A stretch of DNA of 64,000 bases. Origin: Verrucomicrobia bacterium ADurb.Bin006. Lineage in GTDB: Bacteria; Verrucomicrobiota; Verrucomicrobiia; Limisphaerales; J093. The stretch covers positions 21,911-85,910 of the forward strand of contig MWFF01000132.1 of assembly GCA_002071485.1 (NCBI GenBank), written 5' to 3'. Below the pieces are notes generated by a model. That model did no database searches and was not told where the DNA came from. It saw only the letters and a list, made by a program, of their open reading frames with translations. A program made the translations under genes and the position numbers. This document shows, piece by piece, positions 54,489 through 63,999 of this stretch. Numbering within the stretch: position 1 is the stretch's first letter; every line of letters begins with the position of its first letter.

Positions 54489-55079
54489 AAGAATACGTTT
54501 CAACGCGAATTTGTTGGCGATCAATACTATACGATGGGTAACACCCGAGCGCCGCCAGGTCAAGACCATTCGCAGCCCGGGGCGCAGCTCAGGTTTTTCC
54601 AGGGGGGTGCCATTTGTGAACGACCGGTCGGGTCATTGTGGCGTGAGGGAGTGATGGTTGGTGAGGGGTTGATGGGATCAATTGCTGGCGAGGGATGGGG
54701 GCGCGGCGTGCGGGAAGAGGTGGTGCCAGCGGTCGTTACGCCAGAAGGTCTCCAGACCCATCAGGGCCTCGCCACCGACGGTGGTCCAGAACTGGCCGGT
54801 GCGATTGAATCGACAAAGGTCCGCTGGGGGTAATCAGTCCGCTGGATACCCTGTAATGCGTATTGAGGGCACCCAAAGTAATTGACCGGTTGCTCAAAGC
54901 CCGGCAGCTTGAGGCCCAACTCAAGCTCATCCTGGCAGGCGAAGCACCGTATTATGTTTTTGAACATTCTCTACTACACTGACGCGCGTGAGGCCCTTCT
55001 GAAGGCGATCATCTAGTGATGTCTGCCGGCCCAACGCGTCGCCTGGGACATTCACGTCAGTACTGCAATAGCTACGGTT

Positions 55080-55175
55080 GGAGAGTGAAGGGTGCCTGGT
55101 GGCCCTCGCGGTCTTCAAAACCGCCGTGTCGGCGCTTGCGTCGACAGGAGTGTTCGATTCGCTCCCTCTCCGCCA
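55080..55175 (+). tRNA. selC: class II tRNA with UCA anticodon, selenocysteine-type (tRNA-Sec candidate)
   Basis: Hand fold of the 96 nt:
- acceptor GGAGAG(UG) pairing with (CC)CUCUCC, G73 discriminator, encoded CCA;
- D arm GGGUGCC-UGGU-GGCCCUC;
- anticodon arm GCGGU-CUUCAAA-ACCGC (anticodon UCA);
- variable arm of about 22 nt (UGUCG...CGACA);
- T arm GGAGUG-UUCGAUU-CGCUCC. Confidence 0.75.
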
Positions 55176-55210
55176 AACACCGAGATCCAGTCGATTGCGG
55201 ATGCGCGCGG

Positions 55211-56647
55211 CTAGTTTGCGGCGAACGGCAGCACAAGGGACAGCACCAGCGTGGCCAGGAGGCCGACCACGCTGTTGACGGTGACCACGAGGGTCCACGA
55301 CTTGAGCGTTTCCTTCTCGGTGAAGCCGCTGAGCTTGCCGACAACCCAAAAACCGCTGTCGTTCATCCAGGAACAGATCATCGCGCCGAACCCGATCGCC
55401 AGGAAGACGTAGATCGGATGATGCGGCAGGGTCCCGCCCGTCATCAGGGGATATACCATTGCCGCCGTTGTCAGCATCGCCACCGTGGCTGAGCCTTGTG
55501 CAATCCGGATCACGGCCGCGACAGTCCAGGCGAGCAGGACCAGGTTCACGTTGTGGCCGGCGGCCGCTTGCTTGACCGCCTCCCCCACTCCGGCGTTCTT
55601 GAGCATGAGACCGAACGCGCCGCCGGCGCTCGTGATGAGAATAATGACGCCTGCCGTGGCCAAGGGCGGTCCGATCATCTCGTTCACACGGGCCAGCGTG
55701 ATGCGGCGTTGTCGCATAAGGACGCCGATGGCAATGGCCGCCCCGATCAGCAAAGCCACGTTGCGGTTGCCGGCGAAAGCGATCATTGCATGCCAAATCG
55801 GACGCTGATCCGCGGGCAGCGGACCGGCCGCGAACGCCGACGCGAGACTGATCAGGAGGATCGGGAGAATAACCGGGAGAATCGACCAGAAGAAGGACGG
55901 CAGCTCGTCTTCACTCTGGTTGACGATCGCGCGGAGATCATCGAGCGCCACCCCGGGCGTGTCGCGCATCGGCACCGTCATCCGCGCGTTGATCCATTTG
56001 GCCACGGTCCAGGACGCCGCAACGGGCACAATGCCGACGGCTACGCCGACGAAGATCGAGAGGCCCAGATCGACGTGGAGGACTTCGGCCATCGCCAGCG
56101 GCCCGGGATGCGGCGCGCACATCGAATGCGTCACCACGCCGCTGCAACAGATGGCCATGACATAAAGCAGATAGTCTTTGCCGGTCCGGAGGCACAGGGC
56201 GCGCGCCAGCGGCAGCAGGAGCATGAAGAAGGTGTCGAAGAAGATGGGGATGGACAGGATATACCCGGATATCAGGATCGCGGCGCCCGCCCGACGTTCG
56301 CCAAAAATAGCCAGGAAACGCCGCACAACCTTGTCCGCCGCGCCGCTCTCCATCAGGCACATGCTGATCACCGAAGCGAGCCCGATCACCACGGCGATCT
56401 TTCCGGCTGTGAGGCCAAACTCGGATGTCGTCAACTCGACGGCGTGGACCCAATGGCCGGCGCCGGGCGTCTCGCCCGGCAAAGACCCGGCGGGCGCGAG
56501 GAGACCCGCCGCAATGGCAGCCAGGATGAGGGCGATGAAGGCGTGCAGGCGAGCCACGGTGATCAGAAAGATCACCAGGGCCATGCAGATGGCCAGGACC
56601 ACCAGGGGCCAGTACGCTGAGGCGCCGGCGGCAAAGAGAGATCCCAT
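55211..56647 (-). CDS. GntP-family (gluconate:H+ symporter-like) permease
   Basis: 478 aa and highly hydrophobic. VARLHAFIALILAAIAAGLL, GSATVAMLTTAAM and FLAIGFGAMICSWMNDSGFWVV are typical GntP blocks. Confidence 0.9.
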   Translation of the reverse strand: MGSLFAAGASAYWPLVVLAICMALVIFLITVARLHAFIALILAAIAAGLLAPAGSLPGETPGAGHWVHAVELTTSEFGLTAGKIAVVIGLASVISMCLMESGAADKVVRRFLAIFGERRAGAAILISGYILSIPIFFDTFFMLLLPLARALCLRTGKDYLLYVMAICCSGVVTHSMCAPHPGPLAMAEVLHVDLGLSIFVGVAVGIVPVAASWTVAKWINARMTVPMRDTPGVALDDLRAIVNQSEDELPSFFWSILPVILPILLISLASAFAAGPLPADQRPIWHAMIAFAGNRNVALLIGAAIAIGVLMRQRRITLARVNEMIGPPLATAGVIILITSAGGAFGLMLKNAGVGEAVKQAAAGHNVNLVLLAWTVAAVIRIAQGSATVAMLTTAAMVYPLMTGGTLPHHPIYVFLAIGFGAMICSWMNDSGFWVVGKLSGFTEKETLKSWTLVVTVNSVVGLLATLVLSLVLPFAAN

Positions 56648-56659
56648 GCAGTCCTCTGG

Positions 56660-57883
56660 TTAGCGCGCGTTGCCGCTCTCGAAACGACGAAACCGATCTT
56701 CCCCCAGGAGCGCACGCAGGAAATCCATCCGGGCCTGGTCCACCGCTGTCAGTTCCTTGGTCTGCTGGTCGGGGGTGAGCGTCAGGTCGTTGAGGATGCG
56801 GCGGCGTTCCCGGTCCGTTTCCTGGGCGATCTGGTAGAGCGGCAGCACGGTTTCGGCAGGGGCCCCCAAACGCTCGGCCGCCTGCCGCGCCTGCTGGAAG
56901 ACGGGATCCTGGCTCAGTTGGTAGTAGGTGTTGCGCGCGTCGCCAAGGGCTGAACGCGTCGCCTCGGCCCGCTGGTGTTCGAGTTCCTGGCGCCGCTTGG
57001 CGCTCTGGGGATCGGTGGCCCCGGCCAGGGCGGCCAGTTCGAGGTCGATGCTGTCGGTCGCGCGGAACAAGCTTCGGAACTCCTCCGCGGTCGCGTCGAA
57101 GCCCGCCAGGGTGCGGCGGAGCCGGTCGGCGTTCTCCGAGTACCGCAGCAGGTACTCTTCGAGCTGTGCGGGCGTGAGGACCTTGGCCATCTCCTCGCGC
57201 AGTTCCCTGGCGACACGAGCGGACTCGGCGGGATCCATCTCCCTCCCCTGTTCGCGCATCGACTGGGCATGCAAGCGCAGCTTCTCGCGGCCGCGGAACT
57301 CGATGTCGCGCAGGGTCTGCTTAGTTTCGGCTGAGAGCTCCCCGAGCAGAGGCCCATCGAGAGTGATGGCGCTGCCAGGAATCTCCGTGGCTGTGCCGGT
57401 GACATCCCAGTGCGGACCCAGAAGGCGGGTGAGCAGATCGCGCCGCTCGGCTTCGAGCGCGCCCTTTTCTTCGATCGCCTCCTGGACGACCTCGGGATCG
57501 GGCTCGGGCAGCCACCATTGGTGATTGGGCGACACCACCTCGGTGGCGCGGCGTCGGGCGAACAACTCGTTAACATCGGCCACCACGATATCGCGAATGG
57601 TTTCCCTGGGGCACCCGATGCTTTCGAGGTTTCGGATGTAGGTGGGGTAGTCGTCGGATTCGATGTCGCGCCAACTCAGGAGCCGCGGCTGGAAAACGAG
57701 GTTCGTGCGAATGGGCCGGAGAATATTCGTCACCACGGCGCGGCGCGGCGGCGGTTCCAGGTGATAGACGGCGGATGGCTTGCGCGCACGCCGCCACGCC
57801 GTCGCAATAACGAAGTTGGCCAGCAGCGACAGCAACAGCAGAACCAGGGTCACCCGGTAGCGCATGGGGCGATTCTGGCGCAT
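56660..57883 (-). CDS. hypothetical membrane-anchored, coiled-coil-rich protein
   Basis: N-terminal anchor VTLVLLLLSLLANFVIATAW, then a long charged helical region. It sits 12 nt upstream of the GntP gene on the same strand. I recognise no family. Confidence 0.6.
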   Translation of the reverse strand: MRQNRPMRYRVTLVLLLLSLLANFVIATAWRRARKPSAVYHLEPPPRRAVVTNILRPIRTNLVFQPRLLSWRDIESDDYPTYIRNLESIGCPRETIRDIVVADVNELFARRRATEVVSPNHQWWLPEPDPEVVQEAIEEKGALEAERRDLLTRLLGPHWDVTGTATEIPGSAITLDGPLLGELSAETKQTLRDIEFRGREKLRLHAQSMREQGREMDPAESARVARELREEMAKVLTPAQLEEYLLRYSENADRLRRTLAGFDATAEEFRSLFRATDSIDLELAALAGATDPQSAKRRQELEHQRAEATRSALGDARNTYYQLSQDPVFQQARQAAERLGAPAETVLPLYQIAQETDRERRRILNDLTLTPDQQTKELTAVDQARMDFLRALLGEDRFRRFESGNAR

Positions 57884-57974
57884 TCGCCCGCAATGGGCAA
57901 ATCCAAAGTCGCGCTGGGCTCATTGTGCGCTTATTGGTTGGTCAGTCGCGTGCCGACCCGCTAGTCTGTCCGCC

Positions 57975-58826
57975 ATGAGCGAACGCATGTTCACACTCGG
58001 ACACTCGCCCGACCCGGACGACGCCTTCATGTTCTACGGTCTGGCGAAAGGCCTGATCCCGACGCCTGGCTATCGCTTCGAGCATATCCTCGAGGACATC
58101 CAGACGCTGAACGAGCGGGCCACGCGCGGCGAACTCGACATCTCCGCCATCAGCATCCATGCCTATGCCTACGTGGCGGACACCTACGCGCTGTTGCCCA
58201 GCGGCGCCAGCATGGGCGACGGCTATGGCCCCATGCTCGTCGCCAAGCGGCCCGTCGGACGGAACGACATTGCCGCGTGCCGCATCGCGGTGCCGGGCAC
58301 AATGACCAGCGCCTTTCTCGCCCTGCAACTCTGGCTGGAGCGACGCGCCGACCAGCTCTCGTGCGTGGTCGTCCCGTTCGATCGCATCTTCGCCGCCGTC
58401 AAAGAGGATCGGGCCGATGTCGGTCTCATCATTCACGAGGGCCAACTGACCTGGGACAAGGAGGGGCTCGTTGTTTGCCAGGATCTCGGGGCGTGGTGGA
58501 AACGCGAAAACACCGGCCTCCCCCTGCCCCTGGGCGGCAACGTCATCCATAAACGCATCCCCGCGGAGGATCGCTGTCGCATCGCCGACATCGTTCGGAC
58601 CAGCATCCAGTTCAGTCTGGATCACCGCGCGGAAGCCGTCGGCCATGCGCTTCAGTACGCGCGGGACATGGGACGCGACCTCGCCGATCAGTTTGTCGGC
58701 ATGTACGTGAACCACTGGACGCTCGATTACGGCGACCCGGGCCGCGAAGCGATCCGCCGCTTCCTCGCCGCGGCGCAAGCCCGCGGTCTCATCCCCAAAA
58801 GCCCGCCCCTCGAATTCGTCAATTGA
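57975..58826 (+). CDS. MqnA/MqnD-family protein (futalosine-pathway menaquinone biosynthesis, likely 1,4-dihydroxy-6-naphthoate synthase-like)
   Basis: Internal ATG at 57975 of ORF 57864..58826. FTLGHSPDPDDAFMFYGL, EDIQTLNERA, LDISAISIHAYA and SGASMGDGYGPMLVA match the VitK2_biosynth (MqnA/MqnD) pattern. Confidence 0.75.
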   Translation: MSERMFTLGHSPDPDDAFMFYGLAKGLIPTPGYRFEHILEDIQTLNERATRGELDISAISIHAYAYVADTYALLPSGASMGDGYGPMLVAKRPVGRNDIAACRIAVPGTMTSAFLALQLWLERRADQLSCVVVPFDRIFAAVKEDRADVGLIIHEGQLTWDKEGLVVCQDLGAWWKRENTGLPLPLGGNVIHKRIPAEDRCRIADIVRTSIQFSLDHRAEAVGHALQYARDMGRDLADQFVGMYVNHWTLDYGDPGREAIRRFLAAAQARGLIPKSPPLEFVN

Positions 58827-58844
58827 CTCGCATCCACACCCATC

Positions 58845-59228
58845 ATGAAAAACCACACGATCATTCAGCCTGTCGGCGCGCCGGCACCCGTGGGCCCCTA
58901 CAGCCACGCTGTTCGGGTTGGTCCCCTGCTCTTCTGCTCGGGCCAGATTCCGCTCGATCCCGCCACCGGCGTCCTGGTGCCGGGCGACGTCAAGGCGCAG
59001 ACCGACCGGGCCATCGAGAACATCAGGATCATCCTCGCCAGCGAGAACCTGACGCTGGCCAATGTGGTGAAGACAACCGTGTACCTGCTCGACATGGCGG
59101 ATTTCGCCGCGATGAACGAGGTTTACGGACGCCACTTCAGCGGCGACTGCCCGGCGCGCTCGGCCGTGCAGGTTGCGGCCCTGCCACGGGGCGCGCGCGT
59201 CGAGATCGAGGCGATCGCAGCATATTGA
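58845..59228 (+). CDS. ridA: RidA (YjgF/TdcF) family reactive-intermediate/imine deaminase
   Basis: APAPVGPYSHAV, LFCSGQIPLDPATG, VKTTVYL.DM.DFAAMNEVY and PARSAVQVAALPRGARVEIEAIA. Confidence 0.9.
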   Translation: MKNHTIIQPVGAPAPVGPYSHAVRVGPLLFCSGQIPLDPATGVLVPGDVKAQTDRAIENIRIILASENLTLANVVKTTVYLLDMADFAAMNEVYGRHFSGDCPARSAVQVAALPRGARVEIEAIAAY

Positions 59229-59434
59229 TGTTTCCGGCAGTCCCGGGCTTATTTCCGCCATTCAGCGGGAAAAACCTGCAATTCTCGATTTGACAACGCG
59301 CAGAGCGGCGAATCCGGGAACCCGGCCTACGACCGCTCGATTCTCCGGTGCTGTAAGCCGGGCGCCCGCACCTGGCGGCAAAGCCAAGCACCCGGAATGA
59401 GAGCCGCCAGGGGAACACGGCAGGAACAGATCAC

Positions 59435-60547
59435 ATGAACGCGATGCCGGACAAGGAAAGGCCCCGCAGCGCGGCAAAGCCGCGACCAAAACAACTAGAA
59501 CCTCGCGCACGTCCGGTGGTGACGAACGCGCCAGTCGCCCCGCTGCGCCGGCGCCGCTTCGAACGGGGCGGTCGGTCGCGTCCGCCGCTCGAGCGGATGC
59601 TGCGGATTCACCAGGCCATCCAGTCGGGTCGGCATCCCAACGCGACCACGCTCGCGCGCGAACTCGAAGTCAGCGCCAAGTCGATTGTCCGCGATTTGCA
59701 GTTCATGCGCGACCGCCTGGACCTGCCCATCGAGTATGACGATCGCCGCTGGGGGTATTTTTACACGCAGGAAGTCAGCGCGTTCCCGAATCTGCAGATT
59801 ACCGAAGGAGAACTCTTCGCCTTGCTCGTGGCCGAGAAAGCAGTCCGGCAATATCGCGGCACGAATTTCGAGCGTCCGCTCGTGAGCGCCCTCAAGAAGC
59901 TGGCCGACGCACTGCCCGAGACCGTCTCACTCCAGTGGTCGGACTGGGACCAGACGATCTCGTTCCGCACCAGTGCCGAACCGGTCCTGAATCTCGAGGT
60001 TTTTGACGCCCTGGCCAGAGCAGTTGCGCGGCGCGAACAGATCGAGTTGGCTTATCGGAAACCGGGCTGCTCCGAGGCGGATCGCCGGGTGGTCGACCCG
60101 TATCATCTGGCGAATATCAACGGCGAGTGGTTTCTCTTCGCATTCGATCATCTGCGGCGCGACTTGCGGACATTCGTGCCCGCCAGGATTCAGTCGGTGC
60201 GCCCGACGGGCCGGCGCTTCGTGCGTCCCCGAGGATTCTCGGTCGACCGGCAATTGCGGGGCAGTTTCGGCGTCCACTCGGCCGAGGGCCGCTTCGATGT
60301 GGTGCTTCGCTTCACGCCCAGGGTGGCCGATTACATCCGCGAGAAGCGGTGGCATCCTTCCCAGGTCCTTGCAGACCGCCCCAACGGCGGTGTCGAACTG
60401 CGGCTGAAATTGTCGAGTCTGATCGAGATACGGCGCTGGATTCTCGGTTGGGGGGGTGAGGCGACCGTGGTCCGTCCGCCGGAGCTGGCGGATGCGGTGT
60501 GTCAGGCCGCGCAGGCGATCCTCGATACCAGAATTGCTGACCGGTGA
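59435..60547 (+). CDS. HTH + WYL domain transcriptional regulator
   Basis: ERMLRIHQAIQSGRHPNATTLARELEVSAKSIVRDLQFMRDRLDLPIEYD (HTH_11/DeoR-like). The WYL region is VVDPYHLANINGEWFLFAFDHLRRDLRTFVPARI. The C-terminal WCX-like segment is LIEIRRWILGWGGEATVVRP. The N-terminal extension makes the start uncertain. Confidence 0.8.
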   Translation: MNAMPDKERPRSAAKPRPKQLEPRARPVVTNAPVAPLRRRRFERGGRSRPPLERMLRIHQAIQSGRHPNATTLARELEVSAKSIVRDLQFMRDRLDLPIEYDDRRWGYFYTQEVSAFPNLQITEGELFALLVAEKAVRQYRGTNFERPLVSALKKLADALPETVSLQWSDWDQTISFRTSAEPVLNLEVFDALARAVARREQIELAYRKPGCSEADRRVVDPYHLANINGEWFLFAFDHLRRDLRTFVPARIQSVRPTGRRFVRPRGFSVDRQLRGSFGVHSAEGRFDVVLRFTPRVADYIREKRWHPSQVLADRPNGGVELRLKLSSLIEIRRWILGWGGEATVVRPPELADAVCQAAQAILDTRIADR

Positions 60548-60570
60548 GTCTGCGGAGATCGGAGATCGGG

Positions 60571-60610
60571 GTGCGTCGGTACGTCGGTGCGTCGGTGCGT
60601 CGGTGCGTCG
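60571..60610. repeat. tandem 8-mer repeat (GTGCGTCG x5, one GTACGTCG variant) in a convergent intergenic spacer
   Basis: Read directly: gtgcgtcg gtacgtcg gtgcgtcg gtgcgtcg gtgcgtcg. It is preceded by GGAGATC x2 at 60554-60567. Confidence 0.85.
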
Positions 60611-60626
60611 AAGGCCGGTCTGATGT

Positions 60627-63518
60627 TCAGTGCGGGGTCGCAGGCGGGTTCGGCTGACGTGCCTGCGCCGGCACGGACAGGCCGGTAGCCGCCGCCAGGG
60701 CCAGGCTCACTTTTTCGAACTCGGAACTTGCCGCGCCGACGTCCCGCTGCACGGAGGCGAGGTCGCCTGCCTTGGCACTCTGTTCGAGTTCGGCGCACAG
60801 GCGCGCCAATCGCTGGGCGCCCAAACCGCTGGCGCTGCCCTTGAGACTGTGGGCGGCGCGCGCGAAGCCGGCGAGATCGCCGGCCGCGGCGGTGGCAAGG
60901 AGGCCATCGCGGAGAGGGACGGCGCTCTGAAAGAAAAGCTCGGCCATCTCGACGACGGCGTCGGTCTCGCCCGGCACGTTCAGTTCGGAGAGGCTGCGCA
61001 ACATGGAGAGGTTGAGCGTTTCCTCGTCGGAACCCGGCTGGGCCACCGAGGGAGCCGAGGGCAGGTCCAGGTCAGCAGTCAGCCTTTCACTTGCCCGCTG
61101 CAAGGCGGCTTCGAGGTCGGGAAGGCGGACGGGCTTGGGGATGTAGTCGTCCATCCCAGCGGCAACGCAGCGTTCCCGATCCCCTTCCATGGAGTTCGCG
61201 GTCATCGCGATGATCCGCAAGGGGCGCCGGGGCGTCCCGGCCGTGCCGCTGATCGGCACCTCCTGTTTGCGGATGGCGCGGGCGGTTTCGTAGCCATCGA
61301 GTTCGGGCATCTGACAATCGAGGAGCAGGAGGTCGTACGTTTGCCGTTCCAAGGCCTGGAGCACCTGCCGACCGTTCGAGACGGCATCTGCGGCATGACC
61401 CAGCCGGCGGAGCTGACGCAGGGCAAGGCGCTGGTTGACGAGATTGTCCTCGGCCAACAGGATGCGAAGCGAGACGGACGCCGTGGCTGAGGGGGACGGA
61501 CTGTGGAGTCGGGCGGCAAGACTTGCAGGTTCATGTGCGCCTGAGGGTGTGGCGGCGGCCATCACCTTGACCAGGCCGTCGTAGAGACGGCCCTCGCGCG
61601 GCGGCTTGACGAGGCACGCGGCGATTCCTGCGCTGCGCATGGTTGCCACATCGAGCCGGTCCCGCAGCGAGGTCAGCATGATGAGCCGTGTCTGGCTGGT
61701 GTTTGGATCCGCGCGAATGCCCTCGGCCAGGCTCAGACCGTCCATCTCCGGCATCTCCATGTCGATCAGGGCCAAATCGTACGCGGCCCCCGCGCGGGCG
61801 GCGCTCTGGAGCAGGGCCAGGGCCGCGGCGCCGTTTGCGGCTTCATCGGCGTGAACGCGCCAGCGGCCAAGGGTCTCGACCAGCAGACGCCGATTGAGCG
61901 GGTGGTCATCGACAACCAGGGCCCGCACGCCGGCCAGAAGGTCGCGGCTCGGCTCGGCGGCCCGGGCGCTTTCGGGTTGGCGCTCGAACGATGCCGTGAA
62001 CCAGAAAGTGGATCCGCGTCCGACCTGGCTGCGGACGCCAATCTCTCCCCCCATCAACTCGACGAGCTGCTTGCAGATCGCCAGCCCCAGGCCGGTCCCG
62101 CCATACTTACGCGTGGTCGATCCGTCGGCCTGGCTGAAGGCTCCGAAGATGCGCGATTGCGCTTCGGGGACAATGCCGATGCCCGTGTCGCGGATCTCGG
62201 CTCGAATCGTCGTGTGAGTCTCCGTTGTCTCGCGCGACTGGATATCGAGAACGATTTCGCCGCGGTCGGTGAACTTGATGGCATTGCCGATGAGGTTGGT
62301 CAGGACCTGGCCCAAGCGGCCCGGATCGCCACGCAGCCGGCGAGGCAGCGCATCCCCAAGGCAATAGACCAGTTCCACGCCCTTGGCATGGGCGGACTCG
62401 GCCAGCAAATCCACCGTGCCCTCGACAACCTCTTGGAGATCGAAGTCGACATGGTCGAGCTTCATCCGGCCGGCTTCCATCCTCGAGAAATCGAGGATGT
62501 CGTTGATGATGTTCAGGAGCAACTCACCGCTACGGCGGATGGTCTCGGCGCCGTCCCGTTGCTCGACCGACAGTTCGGTTTCAAGCAGGAGGCCTGCCAT
62601 GCCGATGATGGCATGCATCGGGGTGCGGATTTCGTGGCTCATGTTGGCCAGAAACTCGCCCTTGAGCCGCACTGACTCGACGGCAGCGTCGCGGGCCTTC
62701 TCCAATTGTCGCTCGGCCTCGACGAGCGTCGTGATGTCCTTCGACACACCGATCGTGCCGATGATGTTGCCGTTGCGATCGCACAACGGCATCTTGGTTG
62801 TCAGCGCCCAGGTCTGGCGCCCGTCGGGCCACGTCTCGAGCTCCTTCTTGGCCACGATCGGCTCGCCCGTGGCGATGATCCGCTGCTCGTCCTCATAGGC
62901 CTGACGGGCATGGGCTTCGCCGAAGAAATCGAAGTCGGTCTTCCCCACCACCTGGCTCGAATCGCGCGCGCCGAACATCCGCGCCATTTCGCGGCTGACT
63001 CGCAGGAAACGGGATTGCCGGTCCTTGAAATAGATGGCGTCGGGGATGCTGTCCAGGAGCGCCTGGAGCAGGTCGCGCTCGTGCTCGATCGCCTCCTCCA
63101 TCCGCTTGCGCTCGGTCACGTCCCAGAAGATCCCCTGCACGCCGGTCACCTTGCCGCTGGCGTCGTGGAGCGGCGTCTTGATCACCTGAACATACGTCCG
63201 CTCGCCATTGGGCCGGACATTCTCCTCGATCGCATCCAGGACCGTGAGCGTGTCCATCACACGCTCATCGTCATCGCGATACTTGGCCGCCAGTTCCGAC
63301 GGATAGAAATCGGCGTCCGTCTTGCCGAGGATTTCCTCGGGCGGCCGGCCCACCGTGCGACAGAATCGTTGGTTGACAAAGGTGAATCGCCCTTCGGTGT
63401 CCTTGCGAAAGATGCTCTGCGGCAGGCAATCGACCAGCGAATGATAGAGCATCTCCGAGTCCCAAAACGCCTGCTCGGTCTCGCGGCGACTGTTGTCCGC
63501 TTCGGACGACGCGCTCAT
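60627..63518 (-). CDS. hybrid sensor histidine kinase/response regulator (PAS x3, HisKA, HATPase_c, REC x2, HPt)
   Basis: H-box [19 protein letters not shown]-boxes RDTGIGI / [12 protein letters not shown] motifs [12 protein letters not shown]...[14 protein letters not shown] and [12 protein letters not shown]...[13 protein letters not shown], and HPt [12 protein letters not shown]. Confidence 0.9.
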   Translation of the reverse strand: MSASSEADNSRRETEQAFWDSEMLYHSLVDCLPQSIFRKDTEGRFTFVNQRFCRTVGRPPEEILGKTDADFYPSELAAKYRDDDERVMDTLTVLDAIEENVRPNGERTYVQVIKTPLHDASGKVTGVQGIFWDVTERKRMEEAIEHERDLLQALLDSIPDAIYFKDRQSRFLRVSREMARMFGARDSSQVVGKTDFDFFGEAHARQAYEDEQRIIATGEPIVAKKELETWPDGRQTWALTTKMPLCDRNGNIIGTIGVSKDITTLVEAERQLEKARDAAVESVRLKGEFLANMSHEIRTPMHAIIGMAGLLLETELSVEQRDGAETIRRSGELLLNIINDILDFSRMEAGRMKLDHVDFDLQEVVEGTVDLLAESAHAKGVELVYCLGDALPRRLRGDPGRLGQVLTNLIGNAIKFTDRGEIVLDIQSRETTETHTTIRAEIRDTGIGIVPEAQSRIFGAFSQADGSTTRKYGGTGLGLAICKQLVELMGGEIGVRSQVGRGSTFWFTASFERQPESARAAEPSRDLLAGVRALVVDDHPLNRRLLVETLGRWRVHADEAANGAAALALLQSAARAGAAYDLALIDMEMPEMDGLSLAEGIRADPNTSQTRLIMLTSLRDRLDVATMRSAGIAACLVKPPREGRLYDGLVKVMAAATPSGAHEPASLAARLHSPSPSATASVSLRILLAEDNLVNQRLALRQLRRLGHAADAVSNGRQVLQALERQTYDLLLLDCQMPELDGYETARAIRKQEVPISGTAGTPRRPLRIIAMTANSMEGDRERCVAAGMDDYIPKPVRLPDLEAALQRASERLTADLDLPSAPSVAQPGSDEETLNLSMLRSLSELNVPGETDAVVEMAELFFQSAVPLRDGLLATAAAGDLAGFARAAHSLKGSASGLGAQRLARLCAELEQSAKAGDLASVQRDVGAASSEFEKVSLALAAATGLSVPAQARQPNPPATPH

Positions 63519-63528
63519 GTGGGCCTCC

Positions 63529-63999
63529 TCAGACTGAGATCAACGACGCCTTGCTTGGATCGACCAATCCGATCTCGTGCGCCAGCAGGGCCGCCTGCTC
63601 GCGCGCCGCCGCCATTTTCGGATAGCGGATTTCCCGGTAGCCGGTGACCGTCTCGGGGAGGCGCAGCACGCGGACGCAGGCATCGTAACCGCGGGGTGTG
63701 CGGGATGCCTCGTCGAAGCCCGCCAAGAGGCCGATGTACCAGTCGCGAAAGTCCTTCTCCTGCCTATGCCAGTCGGGCATGACGCGCCGAAGCCAGCGCT
63801 GGTGCTTGATCAACGAGAGCATCCAATCGCGCGTCCGCAGGTTGAAGGCAACCTGGCGACCGAGCAGGGCGAATTGCGGGCGATTGAGGTGCCGATAGAC
63901 CAGGCGGTCGCCTCGGGCGGGATCGACGTTGTACCAGGCCCGGTCGCGGCGGTGTTTCTCTTCGCTGGTCAGGAGGTGGGCCACGTACACTTCGTCCTT
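63529..63999 (-). CDS. C-terminal part of an indolepyruvate/2-oxoacid:ferredoxin oxidoreductase-family protein (5' end outside window)
   Basis: The frame is open to the window edge. The tail (HLNRPQFALLGRQ..., LRRVMPDWHRQEKDFRDWY..., LPETVTGYREIRYPKMAAAREQAALL) resembles the conserved C-terminal (DUF6537-type) region of fused IOR-family enzymes. Confidence 0.55.
   Translation of the reverse strand, partial: KDEVYVAHLLTSEEKHRRDRAWYNVDPARGDRLVYRHLNRPQFALLGRQVAFNLRTRDWMLSLIKHQRWLRRVMPDWHRQEKDFRDWYIGLLAGFDEASRTPRGYDACVRVLRLPETVTGYREIRYPKMAAAREQAALLAHEIGLVDPSKASLISV

Noticed and set aside
55000-55260. Genomic-island signature at the tRNA (integrase, att direct repeat).
   Set aside because: No integrase or recombinase-like ORF lies on either side. 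I found no second copy of the tRNA 3' half in the flanks. The downstream gene is an ordinary GntP permease.
544-63647. Many long ORFs antisense to, or out of frame with, the called genes. Examples: 544..1767(-), 2743..4182(-), 8252..9280(+), 10795..12783(-), 12865..14037(-), 15482..16621(-), 16986..18260(-), 22145..23233(-), 23952..25226(-), 25768..27342(+), 31129..32151(+), 36088..37368(+), 37570..38937(+), 38081..39112(-), 41135..43228(-), 44528..45985(-), 52500..54083(+), 55496..56620(+), 57942..59261(-), 60630..61490(+), 61851..62675(+), 62706..63647(+).
   Set aside because: Their translations are Arg/Gly/Pro/Ala/His-rich low-complexity text with no recognisable motifs. Each overlaps a gene with clear family motifs on the other strand or frame. 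This is the usual stop-codon-poor artefact of GC-rich DNA.
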